A DNA stretch of 64,000 nucleotides from Candidatus Latescibacterota bacterium (lineage in GTDB: Bacteria; Latescibacterota; UBA2968), in NCBI GenBank assembly GCA_965204375.1, contig OZ241986.1:4576001-4640000 (forward strand), given 5' to 3'. Positions within the stretch are counted from its first letter, which is position 1. Every line of letters begins with the position of its first letter. The notes beneath the pieces are model-generated. The model had not been told where the DNA came from and searched no databases. It saw only the letters and a program-made list of their open reading frames with translations. The translations under genes and the position numbers were made by a program. Positions 29,618 through 39,197 of the stretch are shown in pieces.

Positions 29618-30438
29618 CAATAACCCCCCTGAACAATAATATCCGGCGTATTTTCAACGCGCCCCCACCAGAGCGCCATATCAAAAGTGGGATCTCCAGT
29701 GAGAAAACGCCAGAACTTGATGCGATTCATAAGCTCAATGCGATGGCGTTGCCCGTGCCAGGGAATCTTCTGATTGAGCTTCTGCATAACCTCGGGACTA
29801 TCCAGATCATCCGTATTCCACAAACGCTGCTGCCGAACCGTGGGATTGAGGCGGAGCTTAAACATATACCGATCCCTATCCGTAAAATTGCTCCGCGCCG
29901 AATGCCATATATTGGTATGCCAGAAAAACATCGTCCCCGCTTCGCAAACCGCCTGCACCTGTCCTATGATATTTTGATAGCGTTTGATCTCGGCTTCGTG
30001 AACCCGGCGAAATTGCGTACCCGGCACAAAAAGCGTACCCCCACTTTCCAGCGGCGTATCCTCTGGAAAAAAGGAAATTTGAATATCGAAATGCAAATCG
30101 CGAACATCGTATTCGGCATCCTGATGCAAATTGGCACCCTTGCGCGTATTTGCCGGCGTAAGATGCGCCGCGTGATGATCGTATCGCGGATTGGGACCCA
30201 CCAGACTGTGAATAATCGCTGCCACTTTGGGCAGGCGAAAAACCTTGCCAATAGCTTCATCGGGCCAGGCCTCGCTAAAAGGCGAGCCCATCGGCGCGCG
30301 GCGTCTGAGCTTGCCCGTACTCATCTCTTCATGTGCGGCTTCGCAGAGTTCGCGCGGCACCAGATTGTCAAACCGCAGAAAACCCGTGCTTGCAAACTGC
30401 GCCATTTCCACGGACGTAAGCAAAAGATTCTTATCCAT
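29617..30438 (-). CDS. Phytanoyl-CoA dioxygenase (PhyH) family protein
   Basis: F...GFL, HQD, GGT..VPGT, AG...FWH..IWH. Confidence 0.85.
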   Translation of the reverse strand: MDKNLLLTSVEMAQFASTGFLRFDNLVPRELCEAAHEEMSTGKLRRRAPMGSPFSEAWPDEAIGKVFRLPKVAAIIHSLVGPNPRYDHHAAHLTPANTRKGANLHQDAEYDVRDLHFDIQISFFPEDTPLESGGTLFVPGTQFRRVHEAEIKRYQNIIGQVQAVCEAGTMFFWHTNIWHSARSNFTDRDRYMFKLRLNPTVRQQRLWNTDDLDSPEVMQKLNQKIPWHGQRHRIELMNRIKFWRFLTGDPTFDMALWWGRVENTPDIIVQGGY

Positions 30439-30721
30439 TGATAGCCTCCATTTTTTCCAGGACAAATTCAAAATCGAGATAGTCGTTTTCGTATTCGCGT
30501 CCAACTTGCGGCGTTTTCAGAAAAGGCACCTGAATAACGCGCCAGCCATCGCGCATGGCATCCAGCACAGAGTTGTAAGGCGGCTCGGCATCCTCACCTG
30601 CAGCTTCAAACATCTCATCAGTCGTGCCATCGTAAAGTGACCAGCCAACAACTTCACTCTCCAAACTGGAATTGCCCAGATAGAGAAAGAGAAGTTTTTG
30701 TCTCAGTTGTGTTTCAGGCAT
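30431..30721 (-). CDS. Hypothetical protein coupled to PhyH
   Basis: 96 aa, overlaps the PhyH start; PPY.SVLDAMRDGWRVIQ...EFVLEK. Confidence 0.75.
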   Translation of the reverse strand: MPETQLRQKLLFLYLGNSSLESEVVGWSLYDGTTDEMFEAAGEDAEPPYNSVLDAMRDGWRVIQVPFLKTPQVGREYENDYLDFEFVLEKMEAING

Positions 30722-30752
30722 TCGCGGATTCCTTTTAATAAATAGGGAGTTA

Positions 30753-31004
30753 TCAAACGAGGTTTTTTGTTGGGATCGTTCTTAAAAGATTCCCCATCAC
30801 TTTTTTTGCGTTAAAGATATCAATCAGATAAACCTGATTATCTTTAAATTCAACTGTAAAACCATCACCTTCAATCACCTGGTCAGGTATGCCTCGCATA
30901 TCCCGCCGAAAAAAGAGAATATTTCCGGTTTGAGGATCGATCTTCTTGTCAAAAAGTTCGGGCTTATTGAAAATATAGGAAATCCAATCCACCTTATCGA
31001 GCAT
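30753..31004 (-). CDS. Small protein, DUF2283-like
   Basis: DPQTGNILF...VEFKDNQVYLIDIFNAKK resembles the DUF2283 pattern; AT-rich. Confidence 0.45.
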   Translation of the reverse strand: MLDKVDWISYIFNKPELFDKKIDPQTGNILFFRRDMRGIPDQVIEGDGFTVEFKDNQVYLIDIFNAKKVMGNLLRTIPTKNLV

Positions 31005-31124
31005 TTTTTATGGGTAGTATTGTTGTGCCAGATGCGGCTAGAGGGCCTTTGCTTTCAGGGGTGATGCAGAGGCATTTTTTGCACATTGGAATATTCTATC
31101 TAGCCCTTCTCCAAAAAAATAATG

Positions 31125-31163
31125 AAAATGGGGGTAACCGATAATGGCTACCCCCATTTTTTT
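31125..31163. terminator. Intrinsic terminator hairpin
   Basis: AAAATGGGGGTA...TACCCCCATTTT. Confidence 0.7.
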
Positions 31164-31178
31164 ACGCATTGCTCTTTT

Positions 31179-31706
31179 TCAATCGCCTCCACTTCCTGGG
31201 GATGTTGCGCTTGGAGCATCCCAATCTATGGGCTTTCGGTATATCGGCGTTAATGGCGATTTACCTGTGACTGTGGGATTCTTCCCTGTGGATAAATCAA
31301 CCATCACCTTATATCCCCGGTTAATCGGGATATTCTCCCAAGAGCCTATGCTATCCTCACCTTCCCACGCTCTGGCCTGATACTGCCCCATATCCTCTTT
31401 AGGCCAGAACATAAAAGAGACCTGTCCCTGGGCGTCTGTGCGAGCTATTGTGAGAATGTAAAGGTCAGGGTCGTTCCCCTCCGCAGGATATTTGAACTCA
31501 ACAATCGCGTCATTTACCGGGCGACCGTTCCGAGTCAAGGTGAATAATACCTCGGAATGTGTGGCCTGCTCTCCAGCCAGTTTTGCCAACCTCGATTCCT
31601 GCCCCTGACCACCTGCAATCGGGTTTGCCACGTTCCCCTTGCCACATCCCCATATAATACCCACCGCGAGCATTCCCGCGACAATACCACTAATGCGTGC
31701 CAACAT
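31179..31706 (-). CDS. Lipoprotein with Ig/prealbumin-like domain
   Basis: Signal peptide with lipobox IWG-C; NGRPV.DA.V...RTDAQG. Confidence 0.7.
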   Translation of the reverse strand: MLARISGIVAGMLAVGIIWGCGKGNVANPIAGGQGQESRLAKLAGEQATHSEVLFTLTRNGRPVNDAIVEFKYPAEGNDPDLYILTIARTDAQGQVSFMFWPKEDMGQYQARAWEGEDSIGSWENIPINRGYKVMVDLSTGKNPTVTGKSPLTPIYRKPIDWDAPSATSPGSGGD

Positions 31707-31807
31707 GACAGCCTCCTTTGTGTTGGGGTTCCCCGACTTGTTAAAAATTAAACGCCTGCCATCCCGCAAGGTTTCAATCAACTATTTCTCCCGCGTGATA
31801 ACAGCTT

Positions 31808-32107
31808 TCATACATCAAACACGAGCACATCATCGACAATTGGACGTATAAAAGTCTGGCTGAGTGCTCTGTGATCCGGATGCGGCAAATAAAAGTCTCG
31901 CGCGGTCTCATCCGCAAACCGAATAATAAACCCCCAGTCATAGCCGTAATTCTTCCCCTCGGGACTATTGTTATACCCCGCAGTAATCTCCTCTATACCC
32001 GGAATACTGCCCTTTTCTTGTAGCGCAATCAAACCATCGTGGAGTGCCCGGGTCTGTTCCCGCGTAACCCCATCTTTGAGCTTGAGAAGAACGATATGAT
32101 CTATCAT
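31808..32107 (-). CDS. Dabb (stress-responsive A/B barrel) protein
   Basis: MIDHIVLLKLK, IPGI, G.NNSPE, YLPHPDH, VLVFD. Confidence 0.9.
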   Translation of the reverse strand: MIDHIVLLKLKDGVTREQTRALHDGLIALQEKGSIPGIEEITAGYNNSPEGKNYGYDWGFIIRFADETARDFYLPHPDHRALSQTFIRPIVDDVLVFDV

Positions 32108-32118
32108 AAAAAATCCTT

Positions 32119-34506
32119 TCAGATTATTGCGCGTCCCCGGCGCAAATTGAAAACACACCAAAGAACAAGCGCGTAAGCCACAGCCGCAATATAAAAATTG
32201 GTAGATATCCCAAATATAATAGAAACAAACACAGCCAGAGCAGAACACAGCACACCCATAATCCCATTCAGAGCCCAGAACCACGGGGTTTCGTTTTCAT
32301 AAGAGGACTGAACCAGACGCATACCCGTCGGAAAAAACAGCCCCATAAGCATCCCCACGGGAAAAATGACCAGAACAGACATCAGTATTTTTGTCGTCGT
32401 ATCCTCAGCCATCATGTGAGACAACAAATAGTGGAGTACCGTATTGAGAGCAACAACACTCACCGCCGTCGTAATTGGAAAAACATAAACCCACGGCCTT
32501 CGCGTAAGCGGAAGATGATCGCTTACAAAACTGCCCATACCCGTACTTGCAATAAGCGTAAACAGCAATATACCCAGCGAATAGATGGGGTGTCCAGTAA
32601 ATACGTTGAGCCGTTGAATCAGGGCAATCTCCACAAACATAAAAGCCGAACCAATAAGAGAAAAATACAGAGCGCCGAACCAGAAACCGGATATTTGGGT
32701 CAAAGCCTTTGGCCTGTGCGCGAGCCACAAAGGCACGCCAATCGTCGCAACAGCGAGCACGCCGAGCACAACCAAAAGCACCAGAAGCGTGGCCAGTGCT
32801 CTCAAATTACCGCTGAGAACGCCCTCCTGACCTCGCAGTGCCGTATCCAGATGGCTCAGCTTCAACATATTAAAAAAATAGGGATTGTCATCCGTCGGCG
32901 GGCTGTAGTCCAATTCAGCCTGAGCCACTGCCTCTGTGAGTTGCTCTGAGGATTGGGCAGATAAAATCTGTCTCAAAATGGGTTCAGCAGGCAAATGATC
33001 GGGCACATGCACAATCTGATATTGCAATTCCTCGCACACCTGTCTCAACCGATCAACATCGGCCTCACCCAGCGGCTGCCGGCAAATCAGCAAAGTCGAA
33101 ACATTGCCAATTGTAATAAGCGCCATATGATCAGCCGGTCTTTTCACATTCAACCGCAAAAGCGATTCAACGCCCAGACTCAACACGCGACCGGTTTCCC
33201 CAATGTGTTCAGCACTGTACCAGCGCGACACCGTAAAAATACCGTCTTCTGTCAGACAGCTGAGAAATGTCTGCCAGGCCTCAACCGTATAAAGCGCATT
33301 TTCAGACAGAGAAAATGCGCCCGCGCCCGTCGCTGCCCAGGTATCGATCAACGCCATCTGAATAACGGAAAACTGCTCGCGACTCTGCGACAAAAAACTG
33401 CGCGCATCATCCACGACAAAAGTCACATCATCCCGATTGGCGAGACCGGCAAACTCGCGAAACTCATTCTGGAGCAAATCGACAAAAATCGGATTGACCT
33501 CAATACCCAGAACAGCGTCGTGACCAAAAAAGAGCGCACTCTGGATATCCTTCCCCCCGCCCACGCCAATAATACAGGCATTACCCCGTCTATTGAGATA
33601 ATACCCCACATTTGTGATATCATAACGCAGATGTTCAATATCTTTTGGCGAAGCAAACGATCTAATAGCCGTACCCGCTTCACCGTCAATCGTCATCCCG
33701 TGAAAAAAAATCTTCTCGTCCCCTGCTAAGGGACTGCCACCCCAGAGTTGCGGAGGCAAATATTGTTGGCGATAGACAACAACGCGCGAAAAGGAATTCC
33801 ACCGTTGTAAAATTTGGTCGTGAAGTCTTTGAAATCTCTCCTTCACAAACATGGGACGAACGCCATGTGGCGTCTGGGCATTGAGAATCCCCAACACAAA
33901 AAACAGCAACGCGAACGCGACATAACGACGAACAGCGCGAGATTGTGCAACACGGGCAAAACACGCACCTGCCAACGCGCCAATACCGCTACACCACAAC
34001 ATGAGACTCGGCGCATCGACTATTTCGAGACCGCCCAGAACAATCAAACAACCAGCCGAAGCACCTGTTAAATCACTGGCATAAAGCCTGCCAATCGGCG
34101 CCTTGAACCGCGTCAACACAGTCGTGATAACGAGACCCGCATAATAAAACGGCCAGGCGCAGACCAGCGTCGCTACAAAAAGCACAATCAGACTCAGAAT
34201 ACTTTTGTAAAAGCCGATGGGCAAAACGCACAAAAGGATCAGAGACACGGGAATAGACAGCGCAAACCCGACACAGGCCCGGGTAATCGCTTCGATCTTA
34301 TTCTCACCGTCAAAGCGATCTCTTTGTACATAGACCTGGATAGCCCCCGCCGTCATACCCAGCATGGCAATGGAAATCGAAAAAAACGCCAGATGGTACC
34401 AGGTAATAACACTCAGCAGACGCACCAGAACAATCTGGATCGCCAGCGACGCCAGCGCGATCAAAAAAAGACCGGAATAAGCTGCGATTGAACGTTCGTC
34501 TTTCAT
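32119..34506 (-). CDS. Membrane protein with spermidine-synthase-like SAM-binding domain
   Basis: N- and C-terminal TM bundles; IIGVGGGKD, IEVNP, DDARSF, LYTVEA. Confidence 0.85.
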   Translation of the reverse strand: MKDERSIAAYSGLFLIALASLAIQIVLVRLLSVITWYHLAFFSISIAMLGMTAGAIQVYVQRDRFDGENKIEAITRACVGFALSIPVSLILLCVLPIGFYKSILSLIVLFVATLVCAWPFYYAGLVITTVLTRFKAPIGRLYASDLTGASAGCLIVLGGLEIVDAPSLMLWCSGIGALAGACFARVAQSRAVRRYVAFALLFFVLGILNAQTPHGVRPMFVKERFQRLHDQILQRWNSFSRVVVYRQQYLPPQLWGGSPLAGDEKIFFHGMTIDGEAGTAIRSFASPKDIEHLRYDITNVGYYLNRRGNACIIGVGGGKDIQSALFFGHDAVLGIEVNPIFVDLLQNEFREFAGLANRDDVTFVVDDARSFLSQSREQFSVIQMALIDTWAATGAGAFSLSENALYTVEAWQTFLSCLTEDGIFTVSRWYSAEHIGETGRVLSLGVESLLRLNVKRPADHMALITIGNVSTLLICRQPLGEADVDRLRQVCEELQYQIVHVPDHLPAEPILRQILSAQSSEQLTEAVAQAELDYSPPTDDNPYFFNMLKLSHLDTALRGQEGVLSGNLRALATLLVLLVVLGVLAVATIGVPLWLAHRPKALTQISGFWFGALYFSLIGSAFMFVEIALIQRLNVFTGHPIYSLGILLFTLIASTGMGSFVSDHLPLTRRPWVYVFPITTAVSVVALNTVLHYLLSHMMAEDTTTKILMSVLVIFPVGMLMGLFFPTGMRLVQSSYENETPWFWALNGIMGVLCSALAVFVSIIFGISTNFYIAAVAYALVLWCVFNLRRGRAII

Positions 34507-34587
34507 ATGTGTATTCCACCAGGGGCCTGAGTTGCCGGGAGAACGCATTTAGGGAAGCGTCATAGTCGGCTGGATTCTTCTTACCAA

Positions 34588-34612
34588 AACCCCCACTCAT
34601 TGAGTGGGGGTT
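34588..34612. other. Perfect hairpin resembling an IS200/IS605-type end
   Basis: AACCCCCACTCA-T-TGAGTGGGGGTT followed by AAC. Confidence 0.4.
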
Positions 34613-34758
34613 AACGAGCAACAACAAACTTCTTGGACCGCGGCTCAAAACCAGAGCCTGCCACCCCTATGACAAAGGCACCAGCTTGCCTCTGTCCCAG
34701 GTGCTTAGCCGTTTTTTTTGCCGCGGGCATGTAAAACACGGTCAATGTCAGGTTTTCA

Positions 34759-36336
34759 TCACATACCCCAAATATCAATCTCGATTCCACTGCTTGATGT
34801 TCGGCGATCCTGGAATACCTTCTCCGCCCAACGCCCGCCTTCACGACGGTCGAAGATCACCAGATGACCCGCCTCTGCCGCACAGCGATCCATATAGCTC
34901 GTCGTCTGCTCCAAGCCCTCGGCGATGGTTTGCTCCAGACTCTTGTGGAGAATTTTGCACTCAATCACAATCTTGTGCGTGATCTCTCCCTGCGGCCAGA
35001 CAATCAGCAGGTCCGTGCGCCCACGGCCAAGACCATACTCCCGCTCAATGCGTCCGCCGCTGTTCACGATGCGCTGGAGAAATGCCTGCAACAGCAACTG
35101 CGGACCGGCCTCCTGATACTGAAACCTCGTCACCCAATGCTCTGAATGCTCGCGGAAGAAGGTCTGAAACGCGGTCATCAGCTTGACCACATTCAGGCTG
35201 CCATCGGCATTGACGTACCAGGCGGTGTCTTGCTCAAATTCCCCTTGTACCACCCACGTCAGTTCACGCGGCACAACTTCGGCGTAGATGGGATTGGCAA
35301 TGCGGTACGGCAGATCCTGAGCCACTAAGCCGAGATCCCGCACATACTCGAGGTCGCGGTTGATGAAGCGGCGTTCCTCAGCCCCACTCAAGAGCGGTTC
35401 AATCACGCGCTGCACGCGCTTCTCCTGCAACTTGTCGGCCAACTGATCCAGATGTGTTTCTCGGCGCAGGATGAGTTGCTCTTGCGCCTCGCGGATGGCG
35501 TCGGCAGTGATCGAGATACCCCGGTCCTCTGCGGCATCGCCATAGAAGCAGGTTTCTTCCGCCAGTGCGTTGACCAGCCACGGCTGTCCCTGAGTCTGTG
35601 TCCAGATCAGTTCTATTGCGTCGGGTGTGAACACCTGTCCTGTCTCATCCGTATGCTGGTTGAGCAGGGCGAGCACCTCGTCTCGCGAGAAATCGCCCAG
35701 GCGCAGGGATCGCGCTTTGATATTAAACGCACTGCCACCGGCGATGATGGCATTGGCTGAACTGGAATGGATGCGGTAATCGCGCACATCGCGCACGCCG
35801 CACAACACCACACTTTGCGGAAAACCCTTTGGGCGCAGATCGTAGCCCGCTCGCAATTGACGCAGCACGGACAGGAGCGCGTCGCCAATCAGAGAATCAA
35901 TCTCGTCAATGAGCAACACCAGAGGCTTGGGATCCGCCTCTGCCCAGCGGGTCAATGCCTCCTGTAGAGCAACACCCGGCCCAACCTCGGCGAGAAGATC
36001 AGGCCACATCTTGCCCAAAAATTCGTCGCCGAGCGTCAAGCGTGCCCGAGACGCCAATCCGGCCAGAATAGTACGCGTCACCTGTTCCAAATCTTCGCGC
36101 AGAGCCTGTCCACCTTCGACGTTGACATACACACAGCGATAGTCGCTTTCGGCATTGAGCAAGTCGCGCAGAGCCAAAAGGGCAGAGGTCTTGCCTGTCT
36201 GCCGGGGCGCGTGCAGGACAAAATAGCGTTTGTCGCGGATGAACCTGCGAACTTCGTTGAGGTCGAGCCGCTGTAGGGGCGGGATGCAATAGTGGTCCGC
36301 AGCGACTACTGGCCCGGTCGTGTTGAAAAAACGCAT
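34759..36336 (-). CDS. AAA-like ATPase with C-terminal PD-(D/E)XK-like domain
   Basis: MRFFNTTGP, APRQTGKTS, LLIDEID, REYGLGRGRTDL...IECK...Q..Y. Confidence 0.85.
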   Translation of the reverse strand: MRFFNTTGPVVAADHYCIPPLQRLDLNEVRRFIRDKRYFVLHAPRQTGKTSALLALRDLLNAESDYRCVYVNVEGGQALREDLEQVTRTILAGLASRARLTLGDEFLGKMWPDLLAEVGPGVALQEALTRWAEADPKPLVLLIDEIDSLIGDALLSVLRQLRAGYDLRPKGFPQSVVLCGVRDVRDYRIHSSSANAIIAGGSAFNIKARSLRLGDFSRDEVLALLNQHTDETGQVFTPDAIELIWTQTQGQPWLVNALAEETCFYGDAAEDRGISITADAIREAQEQLILRRETHLDQLADKLQEKRVQRVIEPLLSGAEERRFINRDLEYVRDLGLVAQDLPYRIANPIYAEVVPRELTWVVQGEFEQDTAWYVNADGSLNVVKLMTAFQTFFREHSEHWVTRFQYQEAGPQLLLQAFLQRIVNSGGRIEREYGLGRGRTDLLIVWPQGEITHKIVIECKILHKSLEQTIAEGLEQTTSYMDRCAAEAGHLVIFDRREGGRWAEKVFQDRRTSSSGIEIDIWGM

Positions 36337-36488
36337 CGCTGTGTCTCCCTGTCTAATGCATTAGTTATCCTGAATATATACAACATTGCGACAGAAAAAC
36401 AAAAAAATCTAAAAAAGTAAACGACCAACCGCTCTGCGCGTGGCGGCACACCCTTCACCCTTCTTACTTCACACTTCTCACTTCATTC

Positions 36489-36517
36489 TTGACAGTCTCA
36501 ATCCACCGCCATATATA
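36489..36517 (+). promoter_or_regulatory. Sigma70 promoter giving a probable leaderless mRNA
   Basis: TTGACA-17 bp-TATATA, with the ATG 6 nt downstream. Confidence 0.6.
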
Positions 36518-36523
36518 GGTGTC

Positions 36524-38470
36524 ATGGCTGAAGTCGCTCGAGAACACGAACAAAAAGACGCCATCGCGCGCGCATTGACCTATAAGTCAATCATACTGGG
36601 GCTAATCCTCGTACTCGTAGCCGCGCTCGGTGGATTTTACGCACGGCACATCTTGCACACAACGCGGCTGGCGCAAAATCACTTGTCCCTCGCCGTGGTA
36701 TTTCCCTTTGCAATAACAGTCGTCTTCTTGCGGCATTATCTCAAACTCAACCGGGGCGAACTGCTCGTCATCTTTTCAATGGGCCTGATCGCCTCAACCC
36801 TGCCAACGTATTTCTTGAGCCGATTAATCGCCAGCTTTTGCGTACCGTATTACCTCGCCGACCCCACAAATCGATGGGGTGAATTTACACACGATTACCT
36901 GCCATCCTGGGCCGTAATTGAACCCGGTCCGGCACTGACGTGGTTCTTCGAGGGCTTGCCGCGCGGCGCGCCTGTTCCATGGGAAGTGTGGATCGGACCT
37001 CTGTTCTGGTGGTTGAGCCTGCTCGCGGCACTCTGCGCGGTCTTGTTGTGTACAGCGGTAATCTTGCGCAAGCAATGGATCGAATACGAGCGACTCGACT
37101 ACGCCCTCATGGAATTGCCCCTCGCAATGGTCGAAGAAGGCGATACCCCGTCCCGCCTGCCGCCATTTATGCGCTCGCCGCTCTTCTGGATGGGCTTTTC
37201 CTTTTCGATCTTCGGCATACTATGGAACATCGTATCCTATTTTAACCCCACATTCCCCGTATTTCCATGGCGGTTTGAAGCCATATCATTTGGACGAGAT
37301 TTTCAGTCCATTCGCATGAACCTCTACTGGCCCATTGTGGGATTTGCCTACTTTATCAATTTAGACATCTCGTTTAGCATCTGCTTTTTCTACCTCCTCG
37401 CGGTCATAGAAGAGGGATTATTCAACCGATTTGGCGTCATAATTTCAGAAGCAAATTTTGCTGGCACCTCCTTTGTGCCTGTGGGCTGGCAAATGATCGG
37501 CGTGTGGTTTACCGTAGTCGGCTGGGGGCTTTGGATTGCGCGATCGCACCTCCGCGATGTCTTTCGCAAAGCATTCAAAGGCGATGCAAAAGTCAATGAC
37601 TCAGACGAATTGCTCTCTTATCGGGGCGCTGTCTTCGGCCTATTGGCCGGGCTACTTTACATGGCCTGCTGGTTTTACGCCTCGGGCATGGGCCTGTGGG
37701 TAATCGCGGTATTTCTCGTCGTCATGATGGTCGTCTATATCGGAATCTCGCGCATCATCGCCGAAACCGGCGTCATCACCATCCGCGCAGTTATGGTACC
37801 GCAAACATTTATCATGTTCACATTTGGCACCACGCGACTATCTGCACAAACCATGGTCGCACTCGGCATGTCTTATGGCTGGTGCGGCGACATGAAAACA
37901 ACACTCATGCCCGCCTTAACCCACTCTGTCCGCTTATTTGACACCATACAGCACCACAAGCGGCAACTCGTCTGGGCTATGTGCCTCGCAATGGGCGTGG
38001 GCATCGTCGCATCCTGTTTGTATATCATATCCATGGGATACGAAGGCGGCGCGGGCAATTACGGATCGCAAATCTCCGGAGGCTTAGCGCGCGGCCCCTG
38101 GGACTTTGTGGTTAAATACGCAAGAGATCCCGTCAATCCCGACTGGCGCAAAATGGCCTTCTTCACCAGCGGCATCGCCTTCGCTGCCCTCCTGTACTTC
38201 TTGCGCTACCGCTACACCTGGTGGCCTCTGCACCCACTGGGACTGGCAACCGGACCTGCGTATCCCGTAACCCATGTAATCTTCCCAATATTTCTCGGCT
38301 GGTTGAGCAAACTCGCGATCTTGCGTTTTGGCGGCAGCAGAACCTATCGCAGTGCCCGCCCCTTCTTCCTGGGATTGATCATGGGATACTACGTGGGTGC
38401 AGGCATCTCGTTCTTTGTCGATATGATCTGGTTTTACGGGCAAGGTCACGGCGTCCCGTTTTCCGATTGA
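36524..38470 (+). CDS. DUF6785/DUF6784-like polytopic membrane protein (OPT-like)
   Basis: LNRGELL, VPW..W..P, LRKQWIEYERL, RIIAETG, WWPLHPLG, PFFLGL. Confidence 0.8.
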   Translation: MAEVAREHEQKDAIARALTYKSIILGLILVLVAALGGFYARHILHTTRLAQNHLSLAVVFPFAITVVFLRHYLKLNRGELLVIFSMGLIASTLPTYFLSRLIASFCVPYYLADPTNRWGEFTHDYLPSWAVIEPGPALTWFFEGLPRGAPVPWEVWIGPLFWWLSLLAALCAVLLCTAVILRKQWIEYERLDYALMELPLAMVEEGDTPSRLPPFMRSPLFWMGFSFSIFGILWNIVSYFNPTFPVFPWRFEAISFGRDFQSIRMNLYWPIVGFAYFINLDISFSICFFYLLAVIEEGLFNRFGVIISEANFAGTSFVPVGWQMIGVWFTVVGWGLWIARSHLRDVFRKAFKGDAKVNDSDELLSYRGAVFGLLAGLLYMACWFYASGMGLWVIAVFLVVMMVVYIGISRIIAETGVITIRAVMVPQTFIMFTFGTTRLSAQTMVALGMSYGWCGDMKTTLMPALTHSVRLFDTIQHHKRQLVWAMCLAMGVGIVASCLYIISMGYEGGAGNYGSQISGGLARGPWDFVVKYARDPVNPDWRKMAFFTSGIAFAALLYFLRYRYTWWPLHPLGLATGPAYPVTHVIFPIFLGWLSKLAILRFGGSRTYRSARPFFLGLIMGYYVGAGISFFVDMIWFYGQGHGVPFSD

Positions 38471-38532
38471 GCAATCAGCGGTCAGCAAAACTCTTTGCAG
38501 CGCAGAACAATGCTCACCGGATACGTCGTGAG

Positions 38533-38802
38533 CTATGCACTCAGCGTTAGCTCCTGAAGATATAAATTCCGCGCACTATCAGTGAGTGACACAGCATTGA
38601 GACCGCCGAAACGGATAACATATTTTGCCCTTTCGTCGCTCGCTAAAATAAAAAATTCAGGATGGCTTTTGACGATTTGGATGACCGTTTCAGGAGATAT
38701 TTTGAGATCTCTTGCAATGCCCCCTGGCGTACGCCAATCACCTCTGGAGTGATAGATCACTTTGACAATATCCTTTATCATTCCTTGTTCATTTTGATCC
38801 AT
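38533..38802 (-). CDS. Hypothetical protein, possible HTH
   Basis: RBS AAGGAG; WRTPGGIARDLKISPETV. Confidence 0.55.
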   Translation of the reverse strand: MDQNEQGMIKDIVKVIYHSRGDWRTPGGIARDLKISPETVIQIVKSHPEFFILASDERAKYVIRFGGLNAVSLTDSARNLYLQELTLSA

Positions 38803-38889
38803 TTTCTTTCTCCTTTGATTGTGGCCCTGGGACAATATCCGATACGATGTCGATAACAGCGTCTTTGAACATATCACTAAAAAGGCTCG

Positions 38890-39045
38890 AAAAAAGATCA
38901 GGCACCTCATTATGCTTTCAATATGCAGTATCGCGCTGTTGTTCACAACTTGAATTTGTGGATCGTCTGTTGAAGAGGAGAGGGAGCAGAACAGGCGTTA
39001 GTGTATATTTTGAGCGATGAATCAGTGGTATGGTGAAAGATATGT
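38890..39045 (-). repeat. Dispersed ~150-bp repeat, copy B
   Basis: Homologous to 17426-17570. Confidence 0.85.
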
Positions 39046-39103
39046 TCTTTTTATTATGCCGCGATGACAACCCAAACCTCCTGGATTAAGTCAAAAACAA
39101 ACA

Positions 39104-39137
39104 AAAGCCCGTCAATCACCATAGATTGACGGGCTTT
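39104..39137. terminator. Terminator-like hairpin between divergent genes
   Basis: AAAGCCCGTCAATC-ACCATA-GATTGACGGGCTTT. Confidence 0.55.
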
Positions 39138-39197
39138 CTTATTTTCCTCTCCTAATTTGGGTTGCATTCTGGTATCGCGGATTAGATATTACAAAAC

